From assembly GCF_006345805.1 (NCBI RefSeq), contig NC_042999.1, positions 143,096,001-143,160,000 of the forward strand: a DNA stretch of 64,000 bases. The letters run 5' to 3'. The number at the start of each line of letters is the position of its first letter. Within the stretch, counting starts at the first letter, position 1. Shown piece after piece: positions 13,204 through 26,199 of the stretch. The position numbers and the translations under genes were made by a program. Origin of the DNA: Octopus sinensis (taxonomy: Eukaryota). The notes under the pieces are model-generated. The model had not been told where the DNA came from, did no database searches, and saw only the letters and a list, made by a program, of their open reading frames with translations.

Positions 13204-13593
13204 TTAGTATTGTTTGTTTTTGCGTTAAGTTTATAATTATACATTTTGGTACATTATGTATTCACTTTTACAAGGAAAAGATGGACGGTGGGGTGCTTCA
13301 AGGTTTCGACTTACTCGCCTTCGTCAGACTGTATGTATGTATGTATGTATGTATGTATGTATGTATGTATGTATGTATGTATGCATGCATGCATGCATGT
13401 ATGTATGTATGTATGTATGTATGTATGTATGTATGTATGTATGTATGTACGTATGTACGTATGTATGTATGTATCTGTGTACATATGTATATATATATGT
13501 ATACATACGCACAAACACATACAGATACACACACACACACACATATATACAGAGCGAGAGAGTGAGAGAGAGTGCGAGGGAGAGAGAGAGTGC

Positions 13594-13638
<45 letters not shown>

Positions 13639-14440
13639 CTTGAGGGTCATGGAAATGTTTAGAATGGAAATCAAAAACGGAGAGAGGAAAGAAAATAATT
13701 GAACAGAATAGTGAAAGATAAAAAGAAGGGTGTATGGTGTAAACGACTGTTGATGTGGCGTTTTCATGTTTGCAGTTGTTATGAGGAAATAGTTTCTTTA
13801 AGTAAAGCTGCCTATCGTATATCCGACATATCCGACAAAGGGCAGGGGAGTCAAAGAAATAACTTAGCTGTTTCATTGTTAGGTCTTTCTTATATCTTAG
13901 ATTATATTTTGTGTGGTTTAAATTTCATTTACTAAGTGACATTTTATATGTTGATTTCGAAGTCAATTCAAACAAAATGTATTTAATTATTATTTGGGTT
14001 CTTGAGCTAGCGTGCACCACTATATGCATATGTGTAACCGCGAGCGTGTGTTTTGAGAGATATGCACAGACACCATGCACACACACACACACACACATAC
14101 ACACACACGCGCACACACACACAATCAAAAATAGGAATAAAAGTTTATGGTAGTATAGAGAGAAATGCTTTAATGATAATTTCTTATTTATTTACATGGC
14201 CAGCAAACTTAAGGGCAGGAGCTTAGTACTAAACTGGCACTCTATTTCTATCCATATACGGAGGGATGAAATGCAAATTTAATCTCGATGGGATTTGAAT
14301 TCAGAATGTTAAGAGACGGAACAAATACCGAACATTTTTTTCTTTCGATTCACTAACGCCTTTTTATTTTATAATTAGCATAAACAAAAAGCCAGAAGTA
14401 ATGGCGGTACCGTTTATTTATTTATATAGTGACATAAAGT

Positions 14441-14950
14441 GAAGGCGTGTGGCTAAGTGGTTAGGGTATCAAGCAAGGCGGCGAGCTGGCAGAAACGTTA
14501 GCACGTCGGGCGAAATGCTGAGCGGTATTTCGTCTGCCGCTACGTTCTGAGTTCAAATTCTGTCGAGGTCGACTTTGCCTTTCATCCTTTCGGGGTCGAT
14601 AACTTAAGTACCAGTTACGCTCTGGGGTCGATATAATCGACTTAATCTGTTTGTCTGTCGTTGTTTGTCCCCTCTGTGTTTAGCCCCTTGTGGGTAGTAA
14701 AGAAATAGGTTAGGGTATCAAGCTAACGATCGTAAGGCTCGAGTTCGATTCCCGACGGCGCGTTGTATCCTTGAGCAAGACGCTTTATTTCTCGTTGCTC
14801 CTGTCCACTTAGCAAGCAAAAATGAGTTGTACCTGTATTTCAGAGGGCCAGCTTTGTCACATTCTGGGTCACGCTGAATCTCCCCGAGAACTACGTTAAG
14901 TGTACTCGTGTCCAAAGAGTGCTCAGCCGCTTGCTTGTTAATTTCAAGAG
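14441..14950 (+). mobile_element. CORE-like SINE (family C) interrupted by a family A SINE
   Basis: Head AGGCGTGTGGCTAAGTGGTTAGGG resumes after 14723 with GAGTTCGATTCC and TGTATCCTTGAGCAAGACGC. Confidence 0.75.
14475..14707 (+). mobile_element. Family A SINE with a 16-bp target-site duplication
   Basis: GGTTAGGGTATCAAGC occurs at 14459-14474 and 14708-14723. Confidence 0.9.
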
Positions 14951-15400
14951 CTGGCTTTTCCGTCAATCGAACCAAATGGAAACCGCGTAGTCATAAACAA
15001 AATAAAAAAATCTTCAAATTTTCCAAAGGAAATGAGACAAAAAGCTACTTCAGTCCTTTTATCTCGTTATTTGCGTTGTTATTTAGTGTTGGAGAGTTCA
15101 TCTTTTACAAATATATATACACGCATTTATATGCACATACACAAACATATTCATACATATACATACGTAGGTATACATATACACACTCATATATAGTAGT
15201 GGATAGGTTGTACTACGTGCCACTGCCTCTGAGGCAAAGAAAATTCAATGCAGGTTAAGTGTAGAGTCATATTGATTGTGTGAATTGGAAGGTCTACTTT
15301 GGCTCACACTGACAACTGGGAAGATCCCATTTTCCCCGGAATGAAACCCTTGGTCAGTTTGTGGTATTGTGCCTTTCAGTTCAGTTTCTTTCTTTCTTTC

Positions 15401-15482
<82 letters not shown>

Positions 15483-15518
15483 AATACAAATATCTGTACA
15501 TATATATATATATGTGTT

Positions 15519-15553
<35 letters not shown>

Positions 15554-15641
15554 ACCGGCGTAAACACATAAATGTGAAACAAGGTGGAAAAAAGAGTACT
15601 CAAATACCAGAGGTATAAATTTCTGCTGCTTTTAAATAAAG
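15554..15641. mobile_element. ~90-bp two-ended PLE footprint (both termini of the 1.4-7.5 kb PLE family, inverted)
   Basis: ACCGGCGTAAACACATAAATGTGAAACAAGGTGG matches 1421-1480, joined to TTTCTGCTGCTTTTAAATAAAG matching about 7462-7483, in (TA)n. Confidence 0.75.
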
Positions 15642-16183
15642 TATATATATATATATTCATATATACGTATGTATATGTGTGCATTATTATATATATGTGT
15701 GTGTTTATCAATATGAATATATATGTGTGTGTGTGTACGTGTGTCTGTATCAATATGAATATATGTGTGAGCGCTACCTGCACACACACACACACACATA
15801 CACATGCATACACATACGCATACATACATACATACATACATATGTGATGACCTCACCTGCTGGTTTCGTCACAAGAGTTCGACCAGCTGAATTACCTGTC
15901 AATTGAATTAGCGTCTAGGTGGCCGAGTATTCCAGAGACACCTGTACTCTTGACCTAATTCTCGAGCATCAACAGTGTGACAAGGGAAGGATGAACTTTG
16001 TAGCATATTACAGATCCAATCCATCTGATAGTCTTCCGAACAACTTCAGTCTACTCAGTTTCATACAAGGTTTTGGCGACCCGAGGCTATGGTAGAAGAC
16101 ACCCAAGATGCCACGCAGTAAGGTCGAACTCTGGACCCTAAGATTCAAAACGAATTCGTAACCACTCACCTATGCCTCCATCC

Positions 16184-16223
<40 letters not shown>

Positions 16224-17241
16224 CGTAGCAATGACAATATCAGTGTATATGCATTTATTAGACTTTTATGAATATTTATGTATATGTAAACAGGCCTATA
16301 TGCGCGAGTGTGTGTATAAAAGTCATCAATAATGGACTTCATACATTTATTCGTGCATTATAGACTCACAGCTGTTTTAAATATTCATTTTGGGTGCGTT
16401 CACGGCTCAATTTAAATCGATTGATCAACTGAAAATATAGTGAACGACTATAGCAATGCTATCGTTGTTAGATTGTCCAACACATCAACACCCCCCTCTC
16501 TCTCTCACACATACACACACATCCGTAACTCATACATAAACTATATTTATTTAGGGTTGAATTATTAGAATACTTTATGAGCAGTTTGAAATGGGCTTAC
16601 GCTTCTCATCTGGGCTGGGTTCATACCCAGCTGGAAAAAGGGTCTACATTTTACATTAGGTCTGAATCTATTAGCAGCTGAAATAATGCTTACTTTCACA
16701 GCTGTTCTGGGCCCTAACCAGCTGAAAGGGGTCTTGCTTTTCACATCTGGTCAAGACATAACTGCCTACTCATGGGACTCTGTATTTTCTGATGTTCTCA
16801 TTAAATTACTCTTAGATATACACACAGGCAGAGAATGAAACATACAAACACAGGCAAGTAAAGATATATTCTCAAACACACATACACGTACACACAAATG
16901 TATTAATGAAAAAACATTGTTGTGTACACGATTATAGATCATGTGAGTATGTATCAGTATATAGATGATTACATTAATGTGTATTTAATGACATACAATC
17001 CATACACAAATCCACAACTGCAAACACATGAAAAATGACATAAAGTAAATGGATCTTGGTCAGCTTCGATGATGAGTGTCCACTTGTTTGATCAACTGAA
17101 GGACCTGCCCATTGAATTAGCTCATTGAGGTGGCTGGATGCTCCACAGATATGTGTACTCTTAAGGTAATAATCCCTCGGGCAGAATCAGCCTGACATTG
17201 TAAGAACCTTCGAATTGAACTTGTAATCTATTCGACAGGCT

Positions 17242-17338
<97 letters not shown>

Positions 17339-17650
17339 CACACACACACACACAACCACCCAGCCAGCCATCACACACTTACACAGATAGGTGGATAGAT
17401 AGACAGAAGCAGAGAGAGAGAGAGAAACAGATGTTATGCATTTATATATATATATATATGCATACATGCACACATATATGTATATGTGCATGTGCGTGCG
17501 TATGTATGCATATGTGTATATATATATATATATGTACATATGCATGCATATATGTATGCAAATATGTATGTTGCTTGCATGTATGCATGTAATATGCATA
17601 CACACATATAATGTATGGGAGAGATGGATAATATATATATATATATATAT

Positions 17651-17700
<50 letters not shown>

Positions 17701-18930
17701 AGAGAGTGAGAGAGTGAGAACGAGAGAAAGAGAGGCGAGGTAGTGGGTGGGTAGAGATAGACAAAGAAAGAATAAGTTGGAAATAGCAATATAATTATGG
17801 TTTACTTTGAACGTATGTTTATATACAAACACACACACACACACACATACATATATAGTTTGTTTACATATATACATATACATTTTTATATGCACATACA
17901 TGTACCATGCATGTGTGTGTGTGTGTGTGTGTGTGTTTGTGCGTGTGTTTGTGCATGTATTGTTAAAATGCAACACAATATTTACTAAATCCCTTACCTT
18001 ACTTCCATCCATATTCCGGGTCTTTGTCTCCGACACGTTCACTCTGTTCCTCTCTCACTCACTCACACATGCACACACTCTACCATACGCTGATCAAGAA
18101 CAAGATTCTATTGCTTTCCTTTCTTTACGCAATCAGGCAGCCGCTTTCTCTGGCTTCTTCCTTGAAGTTGGTTATGTTTGTCATCGAAGCAGCGAGTAAC
18201 GGAAACAGCGTTGTGACACCGATAATTCGCAGCTACTTATTCCTATAAGAGACTTAACCCCACCCTCTCTTTGTCTCACATATTCTACCCCTCCTTCTCT
18301 CTCTCTCTCTCACTCTCACTCTCCTGCCCTCTTTCTCACTCTCCTACTTTTTCTCTGCAATGTGTTTATTAAGTTACATACTGTTAACGTATTTACTTGA
18401 ATATACGTTAAATCCACCATAGCTTTCACAGAACTAAGAATAAGAGAAAGAGAGAAAGAGAAAACTTCATATTGTTTATTGGGTTACAGTTAGAATATGA
18501 ATAGAGAATTCATTTGAATTTCATTAACATGACAAGACGGCACCAATGAAATTTTCTGATGATTTATTGGTATAGAATGTGTTATCTCATGCAACAGATC
18601 GGTTAACGGAATAAGTGTGAAATAATGTTTGCGTAAACTGAGGCGGTATCCCAGGTTCACTAGTTTCACAGATGCAGTAAAAGAAAGAAAAAATTGTATG
18701 TCGTAGTTGTGTGGTAAGAGGTTTGCTTCCGGGTTCAATTCCACTGCTTGGCATCTTGGATAAGTGTCTTTTACTATAGTCCCGGCCCAACCAAAGCCTT
18801 GTGAGTGGATTTGATAGATGGAAACTGAAAGAAACCCGTCATATTATATATATATATATATATAAACAATTTTAAAAAATTCTGTTAGCTTGCTTTCCTC
18901 GATTTCAGCACGACGTGTATTTATTGTGAA

Positions 18931-19313
18931 CTAGCAGTATCGCCCGGCGTTGCTCAGGTTTGTAAGGGAAATAACTATAAAGCATTTTTAGAGAGTTATA
19001 GCCAAAAAATAGCAAAAAAATGGAAAAAAAATGATGGTAAATTTTTTTTTGAGTTAAAAAAGGTGGAGTTGCATCCCCTAGACGGTCTGTGGTTTGAGTT
19101 TCTGATTCTCGACCCCATGTCGAATTTATCGATTTTTTTCAGAACTGGGGGAACTTTTCAAAATTTTCGCTGCGTTAGTTTTGAATTATGACATTGGGCT
19201 ATGTGTGTGTCAAGTTTCATCAGAATCGGTTGAAAGCCGTGGTCAGAGTGAGGGTACGAGAAAACAGACACACAGAAAACGCACAGACAAACTGCCGTTT
19301 ATATAGAGAGAGA
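18931..19313 (-). mobile_element. Non-autonomous Helitron (Lep1-like architecture)
   Basis: Minus strand starts TC after A and ends CTAG before T, with a subterminal GC-rich hairpin (CCTGAGCAACGCCGGG) about 10 nt from the 3' end. Confidence 0.7.
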
Positions 19314-19439
19314 TGTATATTGTAATGTGGTTATTGACGATTGAAAGTCTGTTGTCAGCATATTGGTATAGAAATATTTTTTCTTTTATCCTTGTTTATA
19401 AATTGTTTATAATTTTCACCTTGAAAGGTATTTTAATAT

Positions 19440-19977
19440 GCTGCTACTTTTGATGAAATTTTTTCTGAAAATTTTTTATCCTATATTAGTAGTGTATATA
19501 TATATGACGTTCATAATAATTTTTCTATCGTCTTTGCTCAACAGCCTTCGCCGTTTGTTTTTACTGTCTTGTTCTCACTATCCTGTTCTTGTTATCACTT
19601 TCACCCTCCGCAAAAAATCCCAAATTTTCTTTAATTTGCTTTGCGGGAAGGACTGTTTCAACAAAGTCGCGTATTGTCCTTACCTTCGGAAGGCGGAGTA
19701 GACGAAACAGGGACAACTAATGAAGGAGACTATTCCTTATGTTGCACGTCTCGTTTCTCTGTTTGATTTTTTTCGTTGTTCGAAAAAAAAGTTCGTTTTC
19801 TATGTTTTTGTTTTTATGTTTTCGTTCCTCATTGTGTTCAACATTTTTTAGATGTCCTATACCCATATATGCATGTATATATACATATACATGTAGGTAT
19901 GTACATATATGTATGTATATATGCATATATTTATATATTTTATATATTATATATATATATATTATATATTATATATT

Positions 19978-20026
<49 letters not shown>

Positions 20027-20190
20027 TACATACATACATACATACATACATACATACATACATACGTACATACAAACAAAAATACCGTGTTGTTGATGTT
20101 GAAATTCAAATGAAGGACTCTTGGATTTAGGTTAGAAACCGGTTCTTTCTCTATTGGCAAGAAATCTTGAAATAAACTGAATAACACACA
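19440..20190. repeat. Unclassified interspersed repeat with internal microsatellites; related pieces at 39010-39170 and 47085-47425
   Basis: Shared blocks GATGTCCT(A/G)TACCCATATAT and GTTGAAATTC(C/A)AATGAAGG..GGTTAGAAACCG..ATTGGCAAGAAATCTTGAAATAAA. Confidence 0.5.
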
Positions 20191-20246
20191 CAAACACACG
20201 CGCGCACACACACATACATACATACATAAAACATACATACATAAAT

Positions 20247-20277
<31 letters not shown>

Positions 20278-20278
<1 letters not shown>

Positions 20279-20795
20279 TGGGTCATCCCATAAATAATGC
20301 GGTTTTTTTTATAGCCATTCACTCAATTTGCTGACTTTTCCGATGGTATGCAGGTGTCGATGAATTGTTGAATGACCAAATCCAAGCTTCTCTGCTAGTT
20401 CCTTAACAGTTACGGTGTGGACTTTGTTCCACCAGGGTTTGCAAGACATCCTCGTCGAGCTCTACAGATCTTCCAGGACGAGGCTCGTCTTCCAGGTTGT
20501 AGTTTCCGGCTCGGAATTTCTGGAAGCACCGTTGAGACTGGCTTGCGCTTATTGTCCGATCCCCATATACTGCATAATATTCCTCGAACTTTCCAAAGCA
20601 AAATATATCGGATATGCTCCTTTGTCACTTCCATTATAGCTTTGAAAAAATAACTGTTAAAATCGAACTGCACTCTTCAAAACTTGTACTAAGAATAAGA
20701 CGAAGGTAAAGTTGCTGCAGATAGTTTATTCCGCCCCTCCGACTTTTAGTTCATGCAATTGAAAAAGCCGCATTATTATTTATGGGATGACCCAA
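20278..20795 (-). mobile_element. Internally deleted mariner (MITE-like) keeping only the transposase N-terminal DNA-binding region
   Basis: TIRs TTGGGTCATCCCATAAATAATGCGG with TA on both sides. Minus strand encodes MEVTKEHIRYILL..FQKFRAGNYNLEDEPRPGRS..TIHRHL..GKVSK then runs straight into the TIR. Confidence 0.85.
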
Positions 20796-21112
20796 TATGT
20801 GTGTGTATGTGTGTGTCTGTGTGTGTATAAATGGTGTGTATGAGTATATGTGTCTGTGCGTATGTTTGTGTGTGTGTATCTGCGTTTGCTTCCTACCACC
20901 GCTTGACAACTGGTGTTGGTTTGTTTACGTCCTCGAAACTTGGCGGTTCGACGAAAGAGACCGGTAGAATAAGTACCAGGCTTAAAAAAATAATGCTTGT
21001 GTCGATTCGTTCGACAAAAAACTCTTCAAGGCGGCGCCCCAGCTTGGCCGCAGTCTTATGACTGGAACAAGTTAAAGGTAAAAAAACAAAAACAAAAGAT
21101 ATACCCCCCCAA

Positions 21113-21206
<94 letters not shown>

Positions 21207-21302
21207 ATAATACACAGTGAGAAGTCCAAAACAAGGTGGAAAAATATGTGAACGCGAAATTCTGAGTAATAGGTCTGTGATAATTTTGTAGCTTTAATAA
21301 AA
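21207..21302. mobile_element. ~95-bp two-ended PLE footprint of a related family
   Basis: AAAACAAGGTGGAAAAA in inverted orientation, then GAGTAATAGG (HHR 3' half-like) and TTTTGTAGCTTTAATAAAACG, in simple repeats. Confidence 0.5.
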
Positions 21303-21316
21303 CGTATATATATATA

Positions 21317-21368
<52 letters not shown>

Positions 21369-21389
21369 ATATATATGTAAAGGCGAGCG

Positions 21390-21436
<47 letters not shown>

Positions 21437-22015
21437 AAGAGAGCGAGAATATGTATATATATATATATACATATAGATGTATGTATATGTGCGTGTGCAT
21501 GCGTGAGCGCGTGTGACACATACAAAGATCACAGAAAACAAAGACACAAGAATGGAGGATAAACAAATATAGTGTGTTAAGAACCAGCGGCAAATAAACG
21601 CGATGTTTTTCCCCCTCGCCAACGTTAACTAGTTAACGTTTAACGTGATTTGAACGAGTCGATAAATGGAAAGGAGGAACTATACTGACCATAAAAAGGG
21701 TATTTTGTCTTTTCTCGGTGGAGGTCTGACTCTTGCCTAGTCTTATTTTCGTAATTATCACTTTCGCAATACAAGCATTTTTTCGAGTGTCCAAGATTTT
21801 CTTCTCAGTTTTAGTTACTACCTGCAAGGTTACAAAAGCGTATAAACACTAAAGATGAAAAGAAACAGAGATGATATTGGAATAGAGAAGAAATGGGAAT
21901 AAACATCCGTTCAAATACAGCCTGACTCAGAGAAATATATTGAGCATATGTGGTCAGTGGAAGGAAAAGTTATAGAAAGGTGAGCTGGGAATCAACATGA
22001 AAGGATATGTGTTGT

Positions 22016-22077
<62 letters not shown>

Positions 22078-23105
22078 CTGGGGACAAGAAGAGAATCTGA
22101 GAGGGAAATGAAGAGAGAAGAGAGAGAGGGAGAGAGAGAGAAAGGGAGGGAGAGAGAAAGAGAGAAATCGTTATGAACAAAATGAATGACTGTGCACACT
22201 AAATCAAAATAACAGTGAAACATGTACGGCAAGCCATTTGGTCAGTCATTTGTTTTTATCCTGAGTCAGTACGATTTGGACACTGGAAAACATGGAATCA
22301 TTCGTCTGGAAGGCGCCAGTTTAAAAACATGAAAACGAGGTCAAGTCTTACGACTGAAAACGTAGAGGCCAGAGACTGGGACGAAGTCACAGACAAACAA
22401 ATATAGGGCTTAAAAGAAAGGATGCCTTTGACTTGAGATGGAAACAGAAAAGATGTTATCAAAAATTAGCGATAAACTTTCGTCCAAATACAATCAGACA
22501 CTGTTTCCGTCTATTAAGTCTCATTCATAAAGGTATTAATGAACCCGAGGGCTATCTTAGAAATCATTTGCGTAAAGTACTGCACGGATCGAAATCGTTA
22601 CCACGGTCACTTCTTCACACTAATATACTGACAGCAGCTGATAATTTATCCTGTGGTGATTTATGGACAGATGCTGTAGGAGAAAGCACTAATCAGCCAA
22701 TTCAGGTTTCTTGCTGTTCGAGTCTCCGCTCTGTCTATTATGTGGTGGCATGCTTGATCACATTTCGCCTTGTTTGTCGTTTTCCATCTGCTTGTTGTTT
22801 TCTGGCAGCAGTTGTCATTTATCTACTTTAGTGCTGACTGCCTCCTCCGATGTATGTGCTCGTACCACATTAGATACTATCCTGTTTACAGCTAAATGAG
22901 CTTGTCAAGATTTTCAAATTCTTCAGGTCACTTTGTTTTCATTCTCCTGGGACCCGAAGAGAACATTTCTCTACAATCTTCTCCTTCAACATTTCAGAGG
23001 CATTTGAAATTCATATACAAACCGCATTTCTCCCAACAAAATGTCCTGACGTTTCACATAAAGTCGTAAACTGTTTATTTGAAAGTATTTTATTTTTCAT
23101 TTTTC

Positions 23106-23139
<34 letters not shown>

Positions 23140-23491
23140 ACACACACACACACACAAATATATTAACGAAAACATGGTACAAGCTACTGGACCACTCCTG
23201 CTTGCGAGTGACTGGTAAGTGACGCTCTCGTCAGTAACCGCCAACACTTTTCTTTGCTCAACACAGTGAAATCGTATTTAAAGTCACTGTTTGATAAACT
23301 GCTTAGCAGTTTATCAAACCAGGTGCATCGATTTGAATATCTGATGCATTTTTGGCAGATATTTCAGTAAAATAAATTACTTAGTCTTGCATGTTTTTAA
23401 TATCAAATCTTACTATGCGGCGGTGAGCTGGCAGAATCGTTAGCACGCCGGGCAAAGAGCTTTGCGGCATTTCGTCCATCTTTATGTTCTG

Positions 23492-24739
23492 TCAGGTCAT
23501 CCCATAAGTTTTGTCGATTTTACCTTTTTTAAAATTGAATGAAATTTAATAGTATTTTAGAGTGTCTAATGGAAAATTATTTTTATGCATTTGTGTACAT
23601 TTAAACTAATTAATTATTATTTTACAGAATAATAGAATTAAAATTTCTTTGATTAAATCCCTTTCTAACATGGAAGTATCCAAAAAGCATTTGAGATACA
23701 TAATGTTTATGTGTACAAAAAATGAAACTTTGCAGCCGAAGCGACTCGAAACATACACTCAGTTTATGGGAAAGAATGCTTGAACGAAAAAAATTGCAAA
23801 ATTCAGAAATGGAGATTTCAGCCTTGAAGATGAAGATCGAACAGGGCGTACAGTTGAGTTTGATGATAGGCTCTTTGAGGCATTACTAGAAGAAAATCGT
23901 GCATTATCAGTTGAAGAATTGGCAATAAAGCTTAGTTCAAACCATACAACTGTTCATCGTCGTCTTCAACAACTTCGAAAGGTTTCTAAACTTGGAATTG
24001 TCCGAAAGCAACCGCAAATCCCGAGTTGACATCTGCTTTTCTCTCCATTCTCGCGAACTCATTTCACCCTTTTTGGATAGACTTGTGACTGGTGACGAAC
24101 TACGGATCTTCTATCGAAATGTTAAACGTCGTAAACAGTGGCTTGGTAAAAGGGTTTTCCCTTTTACCAAGCTCAACCACAACCGAGAAGGGAACTTCAT
24201 AGGAAAAAGGTTCTCTCTATCTGGTTGGATTGCAAAGGAGTAATTCACTTTGAATTGTTACCACCTAATGCAACAATCAATGCTCAAGTCTACTAACAGC
24301 AATTTGAGCGTTTGAACCAAACTTTGAAGAAAAAAAGACCCACTTTAGTGAATCGAAAAGGAGTGATGTTTCATCAGGACAAAGCGCGATCCCACACTGC
24401 AAAGATCACATCACAGAAGATTGGTTAGAAAAAAATTCCTCATCCACCTTATTCTCCCGACCTTGCTCCTTCAGACTACCATTTGTTTCGTAGTTTACAG
24501 AATCATTTGGGAACATAACTTTCGCAAGCCAGGAGGAGGTCGAAACTGACATTTCAGAGTTCTTCGCTTTGAAACCAAATATGTTTTACATTGATAGGAT
24601 TAAAAAGCTTGTAAATAGATGGAAGGAAGTCATAAATAATCAGGGAAAGTACATTGATGATTAAATTTCAATTAAATATAACATTTGATCACTTGGTTTC
24701 TTTATTCAAAATTCGGACAGGACTTATGGGATGACCTGA
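23492..24739 (+). mobile_element. Mariner transposon (D34D), defective, inserted into a family A SINE
   Basis: TIRs TCAGGTCATCCCATAAG / CTTATGGGATGACCTGA. Motifs LVTGDE, HQDKARSH, HPPYSPDLAPSDYHLF. SINE halves at about 23417-23491 and 24742-24850. Confidence 0.9.
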
Positions 24740-25228
24740 TAATTCCGTCGAGGTCGACTTTACCTTTTATCCTTTCAGGGTAGATAAAATTAGGGCCGAC
24801 GTAATCGACTAGTCTCCTCCCCCAAATTGCTGGCCTTGTGCCAAAATTTGAAACCAATATTATAAGCCACGTCACTATAATACTGGCTGTACATCTTAAC
24901 TTACATTGAAAAATCTTTTTGATCAAAAATAAAATAAATTCATTTATGACTCGAATTTAGGCAATGTTTGAGTGGTAATGAAAATCGACTATAAATTAAC
25001 TGAAGTGGATGAGAGTGACATTTTCAAAGGTGAAATACACAAGGCACTCCGACCAGAATTAAAATCTGCAAAAATCTTTCAAGAAATTCTGTTTCTTTGA
25101 ACGCTATCTTTAATTTCGCTTCGTCATACCTATATATTTATCATTAGTTGCATGAGATGGATGCTAAATGAATCATAAATTCCAGTTAAATACATATTTT
25201 TACTAAATTAGAGACCTATATCAGCAGT

Positions 25229-25237
25229 TGTTTCTGT

Positions 25238-25309
<72 letters not shown>

Positions 25310-25458
25310 GGAAATAATAATAATGATGATAATAATGATAATAATAATTTAGCCAAAACTCATGTCGGATCAGAGGAAATATTAACAATGACAAATAGTA
25401 GTAAAAAATTAAAAATAATATCAGGGATAATGATGATGATGATGGTGATGATAACGAA

Positions 25459-25498
<40 letters not shown>

Positions 25499-25553
25499 TA
25501 ATAATAATATAATAATAATAATAATAATAAAATATCATCATCATCACCATCAC

Positions 25554-25640
<87 letters not shown>
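25229..25640. repeat. Compound (AAT)n/(GAT)n/(ATC)n/(ATT)n microsatellite block
   Basis: Direct reading of the sequence. Confidence 0.95.
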
Positions 25641-25650
<10 letters not shown>

Positions 25651-26092
25651 GAGTGAGAGAGCAGTTCATGCCATCAAAGTGACACTGGGGTAAAATATAC
25701 GAAGCCCAATATACCCATCAAGACTACCCGTCTGTTAAGGGTACACCAGGCACATGCATCACAACCATATGTGCGCGACATGGTGATCTCATATCAAGAT
25801 AAACAGCACATGACCTTGCAGGTGGGGCCCAGGTAGAATTTTCTTCAAGTTGAGTATCCCATCCCGCTCAAAAGGTCCCTGAATAAGGGTTGTTTAAGGA
25901 TGTTGAAAGAACCACCCATGTTTCCAGAGGTGAATTATTCAAACCCCAAAGAATCCCTCTCAACACATGGCTATGATGCTCCCCCACTACTTCTGCTCGT
26001 GATCAGAGATGCACATATCGTCAGCCACTAAGGGACATGCTCAACTAGTTAAAGTCAAACAACTGACAAGCAAATCTGTGGTATTGAGCAGT
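25641..26092 (-). mobile_element. Probable 3' end of a non-LTR retroposon with an (AAT)n tail
   Basis: Minus strand ends GCATGAACTGCTCTCTCACTC-(AAT)n. No ORF. (ATT)n lies on both sides. Confidence 0.45.
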
Positions 26093-26199
26093 TATTATTA
26101 TTATTATTATTATTAGTTCCTAATTATTAGTTCCTACTGATAAAAGTAATCTCATAGCAGAAAATAGAGGTTTAAATCTCTAATAAACCACAGGAAAGG

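Noticed and set aside
16575-16790. Degenerate ~45-bp repeats containing CAGCTG
   Set aside because: Too diverged to define units or function; likely an old minisatellite.
20101-20150. HHR-like GAAACCGGTT with upstream (C/A)AATGAAGG, also at 39085-39130
   Set aside because: G5 and U4 are absent, extra bases precede stem II, and stem I is unconvincing.
21690-21825. Possible minus-strand exon (TTGCAG acceptor, GTCAGT donor)
   Set aside because: The peptide is unrecognisable and there is no second supported exon; such splice-like sites are common by chance.
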